From contig CP120462.1 of NCBI GenBank assembly GCA_034226945.1, positions 248,001 to 312,000 on the forward strand: a stretch of DNA of 64,000 nt, in the 5' to 3' direction. The notes below the pieces were generated by a model that did not search any database, was not told where the DNA came from, and saw only the letters and a list, made by a program, of their open reading frames with translations. This DNA comes from Picochlorum sp. SENEW3. Lineage: Eukaryota. This document shows, piece after piece, positions 63,036 to 64,000 of the stretch (positions within the stretch are counted from its first letter, which is position 1; each line of letters begins with the position of its first letter). Both the position numbers and the translations under genes were made by a program.

Positions 63036-63434
63036 CTATTTCACTAGAACACCCTGCTGTCCTTTCGAGCCTTCCTTCTTCTCCGATCCCTGAGTTTCCC
63101 CTTTCTCTTTAATTCTAATATTATACTTCTTCTCAAACTCTCTCATCTCCTTTGCTTTCGCTTCCAACTGCTGCTTCGCATTCTCCACAACCCCCTTCAA
63201 ACTATCTCTATTCTTCTCAATCTCTGGTATAACTGATTTCACATCTCTTTCAACAAGAACGTCTCCTACTAAACGCCACGCTTTCTTGTCCCGGTCGCAG
63301 CCACGCAGGGTCTTCAAAACCAAAACATGCTCATCTAGGTCCCCTTGCCTCTCCAGAATCATCCCCGCGATCGCCTCCCGCTCATCTAAAAGCCTTCTAT
63401 ATACTTCTATTATCTGTTGCTCTGTCTCCAACAT
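63036..63434 (-). CDS. PFDN2: Prefoldin subunit 2
   Basis: EHVLVLKTL...DRDKKAWRLVGDVLVER...FEKKYNIRI...QGVLV. Confidence 0.92.
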   Translation of the reverse strand: MLETEQQIIEVYRRLLDEREAIAGMILERQGDLDEHVLVLKTLRGCDRDKKAWRLVGDVLVERDVKSVIPEIEKNRDSLKGVVENAKQQLEAKAKEMREFEKKYNIRIKEKGETQGSEKKEGSKGQQGVLVK

Positions 63435-63893
63435 CCTCTGAAGCGTCCCCTACTTGGTCAAAACTGACTTGAATCAGACTGTTCGTATAATGTTAAGTGA
63501 TGCCCCAGATCAACGCTTTGCGTGTGAAATATGAACAAAAATATCGTAGATTTTATTCTTTGGAATATTTCGGGCTCCGTCATGAACCGTCATTTTGAGC
63601 CCAGTGGGCCATGCCGGCACTCTGGAGGGTGCCGCATTGAATGGGCGAGGCCCAATCCCATCCAAAGCAATGTCGACACAATGCATCACCAATCCCTATT
63701 TATTTCCAATTGTAAATGATCATTTGGCTAAATCGGATACAGGATCTTATCGAGTTATTCAGGTATTGACCTGTAGAAACAAATGGTGCAGTGCCAGCTC
63801 CACAGGGTACCTGGTGATGTGGTGAGAGCGCCAAATCAGCAATCACTTAAATTAAAATCGAGCAATATATTTTACCATAGAGGGAAGAAAAAC

Positions 63894-64000
63894 ATGACAT
63901 CATCAGTGCTTCATAGAGTTGGTATGAGGCTCAGGTTCTCTTTGGCTGTCTCGGCACACTCTGACAATAGTAGCACATTCCATAGAAGATTGAGCGATTC
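63894..64000 (+). CDS. Possible 5' end of a gene running off the window (MTSSVLHRVGMRLRFSLAVS...)
   Basis: ATG at 63894, frame open to the window end, Ser/Arg-rich like a transit peptide; divergent from prefoldin 2. Confidence 0.3.
   Translation, partial: MTSSVLHRVGMRLRFSLAVSAHSDNSSTFHRRLSD

Overview
Gene-dense eukaryotic nuclear DNA from a green alga. Short GT-AG introns (mostly 60-110 nt), TGTAA poly(A)-type signals after many stops, plastid genes (RAF1, VDE-related) and mitochondrial ATP synthase subunit g point to a compact trebouxiophyte-like genome, possibly Picochlorum (inference). About 36 protein-coding genes can be assembled by hand, mostly housekeeping (UPF1, MRT4, SAS10, S6K, RPS12, SRPK, RPN1, MsrA, DIS3L2, SNAPC1, proteasome alpha-3, symplekin, SEC6, APC1, DCP2, sterol C14-reductase, ISN1, RAF1, prefoldin 2). 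Family calls come from recognised motifs, not database searches. The standout is a circularly permuted tRNA-Ser(GCU) gene at 58062-58180: its 3' half precedes its 5' half, and its leader and trailer are complementary. Second is a HemD/UROS-like gene split between two frames at an A-AAU-UUA slippery heptamer followed by a hairpin (candidate -1 programmed frameshift, or an indel); it abuts SNAPC1 and has no in-frame ATG. Also noted: a two-exon 43-aa Cys-triplet micropeptide missed by the ORF track, a probable unproductive-splicing donor in SRPK, overlapping convergent stop codons, and a UPF1 CH domain lacking several Zn ligands. No mobile elements or CRISPR arrays were seen.
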